Positions 18,050 through 26,661 of a stretch of DNA of 32,000 nucleotides are shown in pieces (position 1 is the first letter of the stretch; the number at the start of each line of letters is the position of its first letter). The notes beneath the pieces are model-generated. The model worked only from the letters and a program-made list of their open reading frames with translations, had not been told where the DNA came from and made no database searches. Source of the stretch: Allobaculum fili (GTDB lineage Bacteria > Bacillota_I > Bacilli_A > Erysipelotrichales > Erysipelotrichaceae); assembly GCF_020969955.1 (NCBI RefSeq), contig NZ_JAHDSX010000005.1, forward strand, positions 30,001 to 62,000, read 5' to 3'. The position numbers and the translations under genes are program-made.

Positions 18050-18571
18050 TCAGCCTTCGCAAAACCAGGCGACGCCTTCATAGCGCCAGCCCAGGCGCAG
18101 CAGTGCATTGGCTTCGTTGACATCCCGCGTGAAATGATGCGTCGCCGTCCACGCGTTTGGATTGTACAGGCGGTACACCGGCTTGCCGGACGCTTCCTTG
18201 ACTGCGGTCCACGCCAGATCAGTAGACGCGAACGCGACATCTTCGTAGTGCCAGCCAAAACGAACCAGCGCATCGCGTTCGTTCGTATCCATGCAGTAAT
18301 GGTGGTCTCCGGTATTCGGATTGTACAGACGATACACGTACCAGCCGTCCGCCGATGACTGCCAGGCGGTGCCTTCATTGCGCCAGCCGGCCGCAATCAG
18401 CTGATTTCGCTCTCTGGATACCTGCGTAAAGAAATGTTCGCCGCTGTTTGGATTGTACAGACGGTATACCGTGTAGCTGTCCGCTGCCAGAGCCGATACG
18501 GGGGCCTGCAGCGAACTGCCCAGAAGTCCGCTCAGAGCCAGACAGAACGCCCGCTTTTTCCCTTTTTTCAT
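18050..18571 (-). CDS. small secreted protein made only of a signal peptide plus three YRLYNPN-type repeats
   Basis: The start is taken at ATG 18571 (MKKGKKRAFCLALSGLLGSSLQAPVSALAA|DS) rather than ORF-track 18715. The three repeats are YRLYNPNSGEHFFTQVSRERNQLIAAGWRNEGTAWQSS, YRLYNPNTGDHHYCMDTNERDALVRFGWHYEDVAFAST and YRLYNPNAWTATHHFTRDVNEANALLRLGWRYEGVAWFCE. Confidence 0.75.
   Translation of the reverse strand: MKKGKKRAFCLALSGLLGSSLQAPVSALAADSYTVYRLYNPNSGEHFFTQVSRERNQLIAAGWRNEGTAWQSSADGWYVYRLYNPNTGDHHYCMDTNERDALVRFGWHYEDVAFASTDLAWTAVKEASGKPVYRLYNPNAWTATHHFTRDVNEANALLRLGWRYEGVAWFCEG
18053..18466 (-). repeat. three tandem coding repeats of the same YRLYNPN family
   Basis: Residues 36-173 of the 173-aa protein. 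The DNA motif GGATTGTACAG.CG.TACA recurs at about 18160, 18319 and 18451. Confidence 0.8.
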
Positions 18572-18780
18572 AATTCCCTTTTTCTCCTTATTCGATTCAC
18601 TTTTGCGGCTTCTGTTTTCTGTATATGCAATAGATCTCATTCGCCCATCTATTGTTTCGAAAGGATGAAAAACAGTCTTTTGGGCCGCACCTATGTCTAT
18701 TTTAACAGGCGTCATGGATCGACAATACCCTCTGCAGGCAATTCATTTTTTCGAGTGCGGATTTTTGCAGCCGGAGCCAT

Positions 18781-20667
18781 TTAGCTACTGGAAGCATCCG
18801 AAGAGGCGGCGGAAGCAATCTGGGAGGAATCGTCTGAATCGCTCGTCGAATCGGATTCGTTCTGCGACAAATCGGCAGAAGAAGAAACGGAATCCGAACT
18901 GGCCAGCGTCGCATCCGCGAGTGCCTGGGACCACGTCTTGAGCGGACCGGTTTTCATGCCCTGCAGCCGGCGGCTGTACAGGTTGAAGACGTAGTTTCCA
19001 TAAATGGCTTCATACGGACAGAGCTCGGAGGCGCGAATCATCGCCTTCTGGTAGTTTTCAACCGACTCTTTCTGATTGACGGCGGACTTGCCGGCACTCA
19101 GATCGGCGTTGAGCGCTTCATCAAAGATGTGCGCGTAGTTTGTTCCGCCCGCAATGCGGTGATTGGCCGTATCGGTATAGCCTTCGTACAGGTTCATCGC
19201 CGAGTTGTTCTGACCCGAATACGTGGACACCATGAAAAACGCGTCCCAGTCGTCGATCGGCTCTTCGCTCGACGGACTGACGGTCGTCAGCAGCGCGTTG
19301 AAGCTGATCGTGTTTGTGCGCAGTTCGGCTCCGATTTTGCGCCAGGATACTTCCAGCATCGGAAGCAGAGTTTTTAAAACGGAGTTGTTCTTGCTGGCGA
19401 GGAAACGGACTTCCAGACGCCTGCCGTCCTTTTCCCGGATGCCGTCGTCGCCCATTTTCCATCCAGCCGCGTCAAGAATCGCACTGGCCTTGTCGGGATC
19501 ATAGCTGTAGTCGATCAGGCCGTCGATTTCCTTATCTCCCGTTGTCACCGCGCCCAGACCGTGGGCAATCGGTGACCAGAACGTTTTCGGCACATAGCCG
19601 ACGTTTACATTTTCCAGATCCGCATCCATGGAAATACTTGGCCACGCGTAGTACTTTTCGACAAATTTTTCCTGATCCGTCGCATAGGCCAGCGCCTGCC
19701 GGACCGCCGGATCGGCGCATACGCCTTCCTGACAGTTAAAGCCGATATAGCCCTGGGCTGCGCGCAAATAGTGGCTCGTTTCCACATTATCGAGGGCCGA
19801 AGCCTGCGCGATGATGTCCGGATTGGCGGTTGCCGGAATCAGATCGATCGTTCCGTCCTGAAGCGACTGCACTTCCGTACCCGCTTCAATCGTCAGCATC
19901 GCCACAGATTCGATCGGATACTGGCCATCCCCGTTCCAGTCCGGATTTTTCTTCAGCACAGCGCCCCACGAAGAATCGTACTGATCGATCACATACGGAC
20001 CGGTTCCAATCGCCTGCTCCGGCTCGAGGTTTTTATAGGCGTCCAGATTGCCGCGGGAATACGGAAACTGACCTTCCGGCACGATGAACACCGTGCCGAT
20101 CGAAGCGACCGCGTCACTATCCGGCTGGGCGCACGTAAAGGTAACGGTCAGACCGTTGTGCGAAACCTGAATGCCAGAAATGTCTCTGGCCGATCCGTCC
20201 TGGCACGCTTCAAAGCCTTCAATGAAATCGTACGTGCCGTCCTTGATGCCGCCCACGTATTCCGGATCCGCCATGAGCGTAAAGGAATACTTGATGTCAT
20301 CGCCGTCCAGTTCCGATCCGTCTGAAAAGCGAAGTCCTTCCTTGAGATGGAAGCGGATCGTTTTTCCGTCCTTGGACACTTCCGGCGCTTCGCTGGCCAG
20401 AACCGGCACCAGCGATCCGTCCGCGTCGTACGCCAGCATGGACTGATACACCATGTTGACAACCCACTGGTCATACATCGACGCGGCATACATCGGACAG
20501 AACGTTCCCGTCAGTTTCTGGGTAATGCCGACTTTGAGAACGTCATCGCCAAGCGTCCCTGGACCGGTCGACGCGGAATCCGTCGACGATTTGGGTTTGG
20601 AACAGCCTGTCAGCGAAACCAGCAGCGCCGCGCAGAGCGCAGTAAGAATGAAACGGCGTACTTTCAT
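18781..20667 (-). CDS. ABC transporter substrate-binding lipoprotein, family 5 (peptide/nickel-type), with a Ser/Asp-rich C-terminal tail
   Basis: 628 aa. Signal peptide with canonical lipobox LVSLTG|C. Family-5 SBP-like core (VLASEAPEVSKDGKTIRFHLKEGLRFSDGSELDGDDIKYSF). The last ~40 aa are low-complexity (SSDSVSSSADLSQNESDSTSDSDDSSQIASAASSDASSS). No cognate permease or ATPase is in the window. Confidence 0.9.
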   Translation of the reverse strand: MKVRRFILTALCAALLVSLTGCSKPKSSTDSASTGPGTLGDDVLKVGITQKLTGTFCPMYAASMYDQWVVNMVYQSMLAYDADGSLVPVLASEAPEVSKDGKTIRFHLKEGLRFSDGSELDGDDIKYSFTLMADPEYVGGIKDGTYDFIEGFEACQDGSARDISGIQVSHNGLTVTFTCAQPDSDAVASIGTVFIVPEGQFPYSRGNLDAYKNLEPEQAIGTGPYVIDQYDSSWGAVLKKNPDWNGDGQYPIESVAMLTIEAGTEVQSLQDGTIDLIPATANPDIIAQASALDNVETSHYLRAAQGYIGFNCQEGVCADPAVRQALAYATDQEKFVEKYYAWPSISMDADLENVNVGYVPKTFWSPIAHGLGAVTTGDKEIDGLIDYSYDPDKASAILDAAGWKMGDDGIREKDGRRLEVRFLASKNNSVLKTLLPMLEVSWRKIGAELRTNTISFNALLTTVSPSSEEPIDDWDAFFMVSTYSGQNNSAMNLYEGYTDTANHRIAGGTNYAHIFDEALNADLSAGKSAVNQKESVENYQKAMIRASELCPYEAIYGNYVFNLYSRRLQGMKTGPLKTWSQALADATLASSDSVSSSADLSQNESDSTSDSDDSSQIASAASSDASSS

Positions 20668-21024
20668 AAAAACCTCCTGAGGCGGCTGCCAAACACCGCC
20701 CGACCGATCTAGAACTTACGGTCTGTCTTAATCTATATGTCCAATATGTGTTCTATATGCAGATTCAGGAACAGGGAAATCCCGGGAAATCGCAGGCGTT
20801 CAATAACTCCTTCATCGCTATTCCCTGCATGCATCAGCAAAATGGAAAGGCAGTGCCTTCCTGTCCAATGTACAGAGTACAGACGGGCACGGGCCGGATT
20901 CCCTGTAAAATAGAAACGCAAAGCCAAATAAAAACAAACTGAAAATACGAAAAAACAGAAAACAAAGAAGGCCCTTGCTGCCCAAACGGCAGCATACGGC
21001 CAAATTGAAAGGAATCCCATCTGT

Positions 21025-22533
21025 ATGAAACTCAATTTTTCTCCGCGCTACCAGCAGCTTCTTGATACGCTGGGCGCCTATACGCTGGCCTGCTCGACAG
21101 TCTATGTCGATCAGTATACCGTTGCCCCGAAAAAGGGGGCTTCCCGGACCAATGAGGCGCTGACGATTTTGTCGCAGTTCGCCTTTAATCTCGAAAACAA
21201 TCCCGGAACGATCGCCTGGCTCGAAGAAGAATATGCCGCCATGGCAGACGGATCGCTCGAACAGAAAGAAGTCGGGCTGCGCCTGAAAAAGCTTCAGGAC
21301 ACCCGGGAGATTCCTTCCCCGCTTTACAGAAAATGGCAGGAAAGCGCGGCCGAAAGCGAGACGATCTGGCACGAAGCCAAAGTCCAGTCCGATTATGAAC
21401 GCTTTCGCCCCGCGCTCGAAAAAGTCATTTCGTATACGCTGCAGGCGGCGTCGTATTCGCCGCGCTTTGATCCGGCCCATCCTTATGATTATCTGCTCAG
21501 TCTTTACGAACCGGGCATGAATCAGGAAAAATATGATGCTTTTTTTGAAGCGATCCTCGAAGATCTCGGTCCGCTCGTCAAAAAAGCGGCTGCGGCCCGG
21601 CCAAAAGATCTTTCTCTTCTGCACGCGCCGGTGAGCGACGCGCAGCAGGAAAAACTGGCCAGTGAAGTTCTCGATTTTCTGAAAGCCGATCGGGACCGGC
21701 TGGCGATCAGCACGACCGAGCACCCGTTTACCGATTTTCTGTCCCACGACGATGTCCGAATCACCACGCACTATGAACCGGATCAGTTTGTCAGTTCCAT
21801 TCTTTCGACCGTCCACGAATACGGGCACGCGCTGTATCATCTGCAGACGGAAGCGGCTTTTGACAAGACGATGCTCGTGGAAGGCGTCGGCTGCGCTGCC
21901 CACGAATCCCAGTCCCGTCTGCTGGAAAATCACATCGGCCGCTCCAGAGCGTTCTGGAGCGTGCTGCTTCCCGCTTTGCGAAAAGAAATTCCAGCCCTCG
22001 AAACGGTCGATGCCGATACGCTGTTTACACTGGTCAACACGTGCCGTCCTTCGCTGATTCGAACCGACGCGGATGAGCTCACCTATCCCTTCCATATTCT
22101 CATACGCTATGAAATTGAAAAGAAAATGGCCGCAGGCACCCTCGATTATGCGACGCTTCCGCAGCTCTGGAACGATCTTTACGAAACGTATCTCGGCGCA
22201 CGACCCGAAAACGACCGTGAAGGCGTCCTGCAGGATGTGCACTGGTCTTCCGGCGATCTCGGCTATTTCCCCAGCTACGCGCTTGGCTCTGCCTACGCGG
22301 CCCAGATTTATGAAGCCATGGAGCGGGACATCGATCCAGAGCAGCTCATTCTGGAAAACCGCTTTGAAGACATCGCGGCCTGGCTGGAAAAGAACGTCCA
22401 TCGCTATGGCGCCTCGAAAACCATGCTGGAAATTGTCGAAGAAGTCAGCGGCAAACCGTTTGATCCGCACATTTATACCGGCATGCTTAAGAAAAAATAC
22501 GCGCCTCTGCTGGAAGATCAGGCAGAAGACTGA
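21025..22533 (+). CDS. carboxypeptidase, peptidase family M32 (Taq-type metallocarboxypeptidase)
   Basis: 502 aa with the M32 hallmark set in order: EHPFT, HEYGHALY (HExxH), HESQSRLLEN, DELTYPFHI, GVLQDVHW, PSYALG. The 550-aa minus-strand ORF opposite is a shadow. Confidence 0.93.
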   Translation: MKLNFSPRYQQLLDTLGAYTLACSTVYVDQYTVAPKKGASRTNEALTILSQFAFNLENNPGTIAWLEEEYAAMADGSLEQKEVGLRLKKLQDTREIPSPLYRKWQESAAESETIWHEAKVQSDYERFRPALEKVISYTLQAASYSPRFDPAHPYDYLLSLYEPGMNQEKYDAFFEAILEDLGPLVKKAAAARPKDLSLLHAPVSDAQQEKLASEVLDFLKADRDRLAISTTEHPFTDFLSHDDVRITTHYEPDQFVSSILSTVHEYGHALYHLQTEAAFDKTMLVEGVGCAAHESQSRLLENHIGRSRAFWSVLLPALRKEIPALETVDADTLFTLVNTCRPSLIRTDADELTYPFHILIRYEIEKKMAAGTLDYATLPQLWNDLYETYLGARPENDREGVLQDVHWSSGDLGYFPSYALGSAYAAQIYEAMERDIDPEQLILENRFEDIAAWLEKNVHRYGASKTMLEIVEEVSGKPFDPHIYTGMLKKKYAPLLEDQAED

Positions 22534-22751
22534 GGTCGAACTGAGGCCGGATGACGCTTGCTCTTCGGGATTGAGGGCGGGATCGAACAGGCTGGCGCAA
22601 AAAGCCGGCTATGGAGGATCCGTCGTCTGTACAGAAGACCCAGCACTGGCGGTTTCTGTCGCCGTCTTTTGCAAAATGTCCGCATTTCCAATCCTATCTT
22701 TTGAGTAATGTGTCCATATCTCTGTACTTTTCATTTTCAGCGTCATTTTTT

Positions 22752-22781
22752 ATTCCGCCGCATTGCGGCGGAATTTCTTTT
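22752..22781 (+). terminator. rho-independent terminator, ~220 nt downstream of the M32 stop
   Basis: attccgccgc-att-gcggcggaat followed by ttctttt. This is a perfect 10-bp GC-rich inverted repeat (effective stem about 8 bp with a 5-7 nt loop). Confidence 0.7.
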
Positions 22782-22882
22782 GAGTATGTGAAACTAACAG
22801 TAAGCATTTTATTGATAAGATGGTCATGAAAAAAGAGAAAGAAGAAAGGAGGACAAACAGAAAAGGAATGATGGAGTAATTT

Positions 22883-24328
22883 ATGTCTGATACCACAACT
22901 CAAAACGGCTTAACCCCTCTCCAGCGCAACCTCGCATATCTTGGCTGTCTGATGTTAGCCTTGTCCATGGCGGCCTTTGGCCTCTCCCTCGCCAATATTC
23001 AGGGACCGGTTCTTGCAAGTCTCAACGGCATGGACTCTTTTTCACTCGTTACCGCGCTGACTTCCGCTTCGCTCTGCCTGATGACTCTGATCGGCGGATC
23101 GCTGATGGACAGCATCGGTGCTAAGAAACTTGTTCTCTGGTTTGGTCTGATCAACTGCATTTGCGGCATTGGTCTCGCCTTTGCCTCTTCGCTTTCCATG
23201 TATCTGATTTTGCGTGTCGTTCTTTCGGCATGCCAGGGCGCGTTCTCGGCTGTTCCGTTTATCGCCGTCCGTCAGATTTTCCCGGTTAAAGAAGTCCCGA
23301 AATACGTAGGTTTCCTTTCCGGCGCACTGGCCATCGGAAGCTTTATCGGTTCCTGGGGCGCAGGCTGGCTTATGGACCACGGCATGACCGGTATGGCTTC
23401 GGCTTTCCCGACAATTTTCCTGGCTATCGGTATTTATCTGATTTATCGCTATCTGCCAAACGGCGCAACCCATAAAGGCGTTCATCTGGACTGGATCGGC
23501 GCACTGCTTCTGGGCATCTGCCTGTTTGCCCTTGTCTTCTGGCTTAACTACGGTGCCATTCTCGGCTGGGGCTCTGCCTTCGTCCTCACCTGCGCAGCCA
23601 TTACGATTATCAGCTTCATTCTGCTGCTGATCGCGGAAAAGAAAATCAGTTCTCCGCTGATTCCTCTGAATCTTTTCAAGAACAAGACGTTCGTTATCGT
23701 TCTGCTGATCACCGGTCTCTGCGTTGTTTACCTGACGGCCATTAACGCCTACGTTCCGCAGGCTATGCAGCAGCTGATGGGCCAGCCGGCTTCCATCAGC
23801 GGTACCGTTCAGATTCCGCGTACGATTCTTTCCATTCTCGTTCCTGGCGCTGCCGGTGTATGGATCGCCAAGAAGCTTTCGAACTTCTGGAAAGCCTTTG
23901 CTTACTGCGCTATTCTGGTCATCATCCCGACTGGACTGCTCGTCTTCATCGGTCCGAACATGCCGGTATGGTTCGTATTCGTCATGCTCGCACTGACCGG
24001 AATCGCCGATTCCTTCCGTACCGTATCGTCCATCCCTGCAGCGCAGATGCTGCTTAAACCGCAGGATCTTGGCATCGGTACTTCCCTGGTTGGATTTATC
24101 ATTTCCCTCAGCGGCGTTATCGCTTCCGCTCTGTTCTCCATTGCCTACAACGCACTGACCCAGGCTACACCGGGCAACGTCGGCATGACACAGGGTATCG
24201 ATACCGTTCTGCTGATCTCCTGCGCAGCAGCCGTCATCGCTCTGCTTCTGGCCATCTTCGTCTTCCGTCCAATGTTCCCGAAAGCCGTTGCTGCCATGCA
24301 TAAAGACGACGACGCTTCCGCAAAATAA
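22883..24328 (+). CDS. MFS transporter (14-TMS, DHA2/EmrB-like architecture)
   Basis: 481 aa, hydrophobic throughout with about 14 helix-length segments. Motif-A-like GGSLMDSIGAKK lies after TM2. A GGAG-rich SD region sits upstream. The 419-aa minus ORF opposite is a shadow. Confidence 0.9.
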   Translation: MSDTTTQNGLTPLQRNLAYLGCLMLALSMAAFGLSLANIQGPVLASLNGMDSFSLVTALTSASLCLMTLIGGSLMDSIGAKKLVLWFGLINCICGIGLAFASSLSMYLILRVVLSACQGAFSAVPFIAVRQIFPVKEVPKYVGFLSGALAIGSFIGSWGAGWLMDHGMTGMASAFPTIFLAIGIYLIYRYLPNGATHKGVHLDWIGALLLGICLFALVFWLNYGAILGWGSAFVLTCAAITIISFILLLIAEKKISSPLIPLNLFKNKTFVIVLLITGLCVVYLTAINAYVPQAMQQLMGQPASISGTVQIPRTILSILVPGAAGVWIAKKLSNFWKAFAYCAILVIIPTGLLVFIGPNMPVWFVFVMLALTGIADSFRTVSSIPAAQMLLKPQDLGIGTSLVGFIISLSGVIASALFSIAYNALTQATPGNVGMTQGIDTVLLISCAAAVIALLLAIFVFRPMFPKAVAAMHKDDDASAK

Positions 24329-24362
24329 CCGCTTTAAACTTTTCAGATCCCGATACGATCTG

Positions 24363-24392
24363 CAGGCTGTCCTTTCGGGGGCAGCCTTTTTT
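24363..24392 (+). terminator. probable rho-independent terminator after the MFS gene
   Basis: caggctgtcc-tttc-ggggcagcc followed by tttttt. The stem is imperfect, 7-8 bp. Confidence 0.55.
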
Positions 24393-24430
24393 CCTGGAGC
24401 AGTCGATCGTATCCGCGTCGGGAATACGCA

Positions 24431-24478
24431 AAAAGCAGAAGCTCTCCGAACGGATCGGATGCAGCTTCTGCTTTTTTT
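24431..24478. terminator. bidirectional rho-independent terminator between the convergent MFS and cytidylate-kinase-like genes
   Basis: aaaagcagaagct-(19 nt)-agcttctgcttttttt. The core stem is a perfect 9 bp, flanked by an A-tract and a T-tract. Confidence 0.7.
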
Positions 24479-24544
24479 GCTGAAATTCAGAAATAGGGAT
24501 TTAGGGATACCTGAGCGGGTTTGCGTTCGCGGTTGCCGGATCAG

Positions 24545-25156
24545 CTAGTCTTCGTTGGTATGACGAACCGCGCCCGTGCAGTCTTTGGCGAGAGCGACGA
24601 TCGTATCCGCGCAGCTTTCGATCGGCAGGCGGCTTGTATCGAGGCAGACGTCATAGTAGAACGCCTTGCCCCATTTGCGGCCGGTGAAGTACTGATAGTG
24701 CGCCTTGCGGCGTTTATCCTTATCGCGCAGACGCTTGTCGATGCTTTCGTCGCGCTCGCCGTATTCGGTCAGAATTCTCTTCTTGCGGCTTTCTTCATCC
24801 GCCCAGATGAAGCAGCTCAGTACGCCGGGTTCATTGCGCAGCAGGAAGTCGGCGCAGCGGCCGACGATGACACAGTGTCCCTTTTTGGCCAGATCCAGGA
24901 TGACTTTGGTCTGCGCTTCAAACAGCTGTTCGTTGAGGTTGAAGCTGAAGCTGCTGCTGGCGAGCATGGTCATGAAGCGGTCCTGCTCTTCGCCGTTCTG
25001 TTCGATGAACTCTTTAGCGAATCCGCTTTGCGCGGCGATCTTTTCGACCAGGTTCCAGTCGTAGAAGTCATAGCCGAGTTTTGCGGCGACCAGTCTGCCG
25101 ATAGTACGGCCGCCCGATCCGAATTCTCGGGTAATGGTAATGATGTTTGCAGTCAT
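24545..25156 (-). CDS. cytidylate kinase-like family protein (Cytidylate_kin2-type, function unknown)
   Basis: The start is taken at ATG 25156 (AAGAGG 6 nt upstream). MTANIITITREFGSGGRTIGRLVAAKLGYDFYDWNLVEKIA matches the family's N-terminal signature. At 203 aa it fits the family size; the 80-aa upstream extension in the ORF track has no support. Confidence 0.8.
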   Translation of the reverse strand: MTANIITITREFGSGGRTIGRLVAAKLGYDFYDWNLVEKIAAQSGFAKEFIEQNGEEQDRFMTMLASSSFSFNLNEQLFEAQTKVILDLAKKGHCVIVGRCADFLLRNEPGVLSCFIWADEESRKKRILTEYGERDESIDKRLRDKDKRRKAHYQYFTGRKWGKAFYYDVCLDTSRLPIESCADTIVALAKDCTGAVRHTNED

Positions 25157-25385
25157 ACGTACCTCTTTCCAGATCCCGTTGGATCCTGATGTGTGTTTTG
25201 CAGACCGAAAAGCCATTATATTGCCAATGAATGCCGGGTCCGCTCCGATTTTGAAAGCTGCCGTCGCCAGGGTCTGGCTTTCAATTTCTTTGCGGAGGCC
25301 CCTCTGTACTCCGTTTTGGTCTGCTTTATTCCTAAATAAATTATAGCCGCTTAAAGACGCATAAAGACCACCAGTTCCCACAAAA

Positions 25386-25427
25386 GCGCAAAACAAAAAC
25401 CGGAGCCTTTCAAAAAAGATCCGGTTT
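25386..25427 (-). terminator. rho-independent terminator after pyrE
   Basis: Minus strand reads aaaccgga-(15 nt)-tccggttt followed by ttgttttg. Confidence 0.55.
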
Positions 25428-25462
25428 GCGTTGTATAGAGAGATATCGATTACCGAACGGAA

Positions 25463-26143
25463 TTAAAAATCGAACGTGCGATCCGACGCGCCGTACTGTG
25501 CATAATAGTCGCGAATTCTCGAAATCATCTCGTCATCGAGCGTTTTGTTTTCTTTCAGGCAGGAAACGATTTCCGGCATCGATACGATCGCCGCGGTTTC
25601 AAAGCCGTATTTCTTTGCGACTTCGCCAAGCGCGGACGTATCGGACTGGCCTTTTTCAGCGCGATCGAGCGAAACCATCAGGCCCTTGATTTCCACGTTT
25701 GCTGCGCCTTTGACTTTTGGCACCGTCTCATCCATGGATTTGCCGGAGGTGGTCACGTCTTCGATCATGATGACGCGGTCGCCGTCTTTGAGTTTTGTGC
25801 CCAGGAAGCTTCCTTTATCCGCGCCATGATCTTTTTCTTCCTTACGGTCGGAACAGTAGCGGATTTCCTTGCCGAAGAGGTCGTAATACGCTTCCGCGGT
25901 AACGACGGCCAGCGGAATTCCCTTGTAGGCCGGGCCGAAGAGCACATCAAAGTCATCGCCGTAACGATCATGAATGGCTTTCGCATAAAACTCGCCGAGC
26001 TTGCGCAGCTGACGACCGTTTTCATAGCCGCCGGCGTTCATGAAAAAGGGCGAGATCCGTCCGGACTTGAGCGTGAAGGTACCAAATTTCAGCACGCCGC
26101 TATCCAGCATGAAATCAATGAATTCCTGTTTGTAGTCTTCCAT
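25463..26143 (-). CDS. pyrE: orotate phosphoribosyltransferase
   Basis: 226 aa. MEDYKQEFIDFMLDSGVLKFGTFTLKSGRISPFFMN..., FGPAYKGIPLA, and the PRPP-binding motif VIMIEDVTTSGKS. Confidence 0.95.
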   Translation of the reverse strand: MEDYKQEFIDFMLDSGVLKFGTFTLKSGRISPFFMNAGGYENGRQLRKLGEFYAKAIHDRYGDDFDVLFGPAYKGIPLAVVTAEAYYDLFGKEIRYCSDRKEEKDHGADKGSFLGTKLKDGDRVIMIEDVTTSGKSMDETVPKVKGAANVEIKGLMVSLDRAEKGQSDTSALGEVAKKYGFETAAIVSMPEIVSCLKENKTLDDEMISRIRDYYAQYGASDRTFDF

Positions 26144-26400
26144 TTTCTTTTCTCCTTAACTGGCTTCGAATTAACGCATGGACCGCCGCAGATGCCTTCG
26201 CCTGAAAGGGCAAGGCGCTTTTTATATGGATTTTATATGGATATGGATCCAGAAAAGACTTTGGATCCGGGAATGCGGGCGATCTTTTTTCCTGTTCAAT
26301 CTTATCAGATCCGCCGCCAAAACCGGCAGCGGTTTAGAGGAGTCCGGCTTTTGACTCCAAATTCCTTTTTAAATGATCGGACCGCTCAGACGGATCGGAC

Positions 26401-26470
26401 AAAAAGAAAAAGGACTTTGCCTTATGGCAGACACATAGAGTCTGGCCGCAAAGGGGCAAAGTCCTCTTTT
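26401..26470. terminator. long hairpin terminator downstream of the 39-codon ORF (A/T tracts on both sides)
   Basis: aggactttgcc ... ggcaaagtcct: an 11-bp perfect inverted repeat with an inner cagac/gtctg stem. It is flanked by aaaaagaaaa and ctttt. Confidence 0.55.
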
Positions 26471-26541
26471 CGTTTGAAATGTCGTTTTACGTCCTCATCT
26501 GATCTTGCGCTGTTCGCTCAGGACGCAGGCGCGAAGCCGCT

Positions 26542-26661
26542 TTACTGTTCGTCGGATTCTGTGCCTTCAAATTCTTCTCGAATGCCTAGAACGACTCCAG
26601 CCAGAGCGGCGATCACCATCATGGCGCTGATCAGAACCACAATCCACTTTGTATTTTGCAT
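26542..26661 (-). CDS. hypothetical 39-aa single-pass membrane peptide (below the ORF-track size cutoff)
   Basis: Manual translation gives MQNTKWIVVLISAMMVIAALAGVVLGIREEFEGTESDEQ*. It has one clear TM helix plus an acidic tail. GGAAGGAG lies about 11 nt upstream across a C7 tract, and a terminator hairpin lies downstream. There is no homology evidence. Confidence 0.35.
   Translation of the reverse strand: MQNTKWIVVLISAMMVIAALAGVVLGIREEFEGTESDEQ

Noticed and set aside
16918-18466. Recurrent DNA motif GGATTGTACAG.CG.TACA (six copies) as a CRISPR-like or REP-type repeat.
   Set aside because: All copies are in-frame coding sequence for the YRLYNP start of the protein repeats. Their spacing follows the ~135-nt protein repeat, and they lie inside two ORFs.
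20818-22470. 550-aa minus-strand ORF opposite the M32 carboxypeptidase, and a 419-aa minus ORF (23042..24301) opposite the MFS transporter.
   Set aside because: These are shadow ORFs. The plus-strand products carry the full M32 motif set and a 14-helix transporter profile. The minus translations are low-complexity R/F/G-rich or charged strings.
22535-22600. tRNA-like fragments (ggtcgaac / gggatcgaac) after the M32 gene.
   Set aside because: There is no cloverleaf: no acceptor-stem complementarity, no GTTCGAATC T-loop and no D-loop GG context. I found no tRNA-like T-arm motifs anywhere in the window on either strand.
26194-26223. Plus-strand terminator-like hairpins inside minus-strand intergenic regions: 26194-26223 upstream of pyrE and 30088-30110 upstream of fruA.
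   Set aside because: These are short stems (6-8 bp, one with a bulge). Their T-tracts are simply the complement of A-rich SD-proximal leaders of the minus-strand genes. There is no plus-strand gene or promoter for them to terminate.
26144-26400. PyrR-binding attenuator upstream of pyrE.
   Set aside because: Several small hairpins and a tccatataaaa direct repeat are present, but there is no (A/G)UCCAGAGAGG(C/U)U-type PyrR loop. No antiterminator/terminator pair with a U-tract occurs in the mRNA sense.
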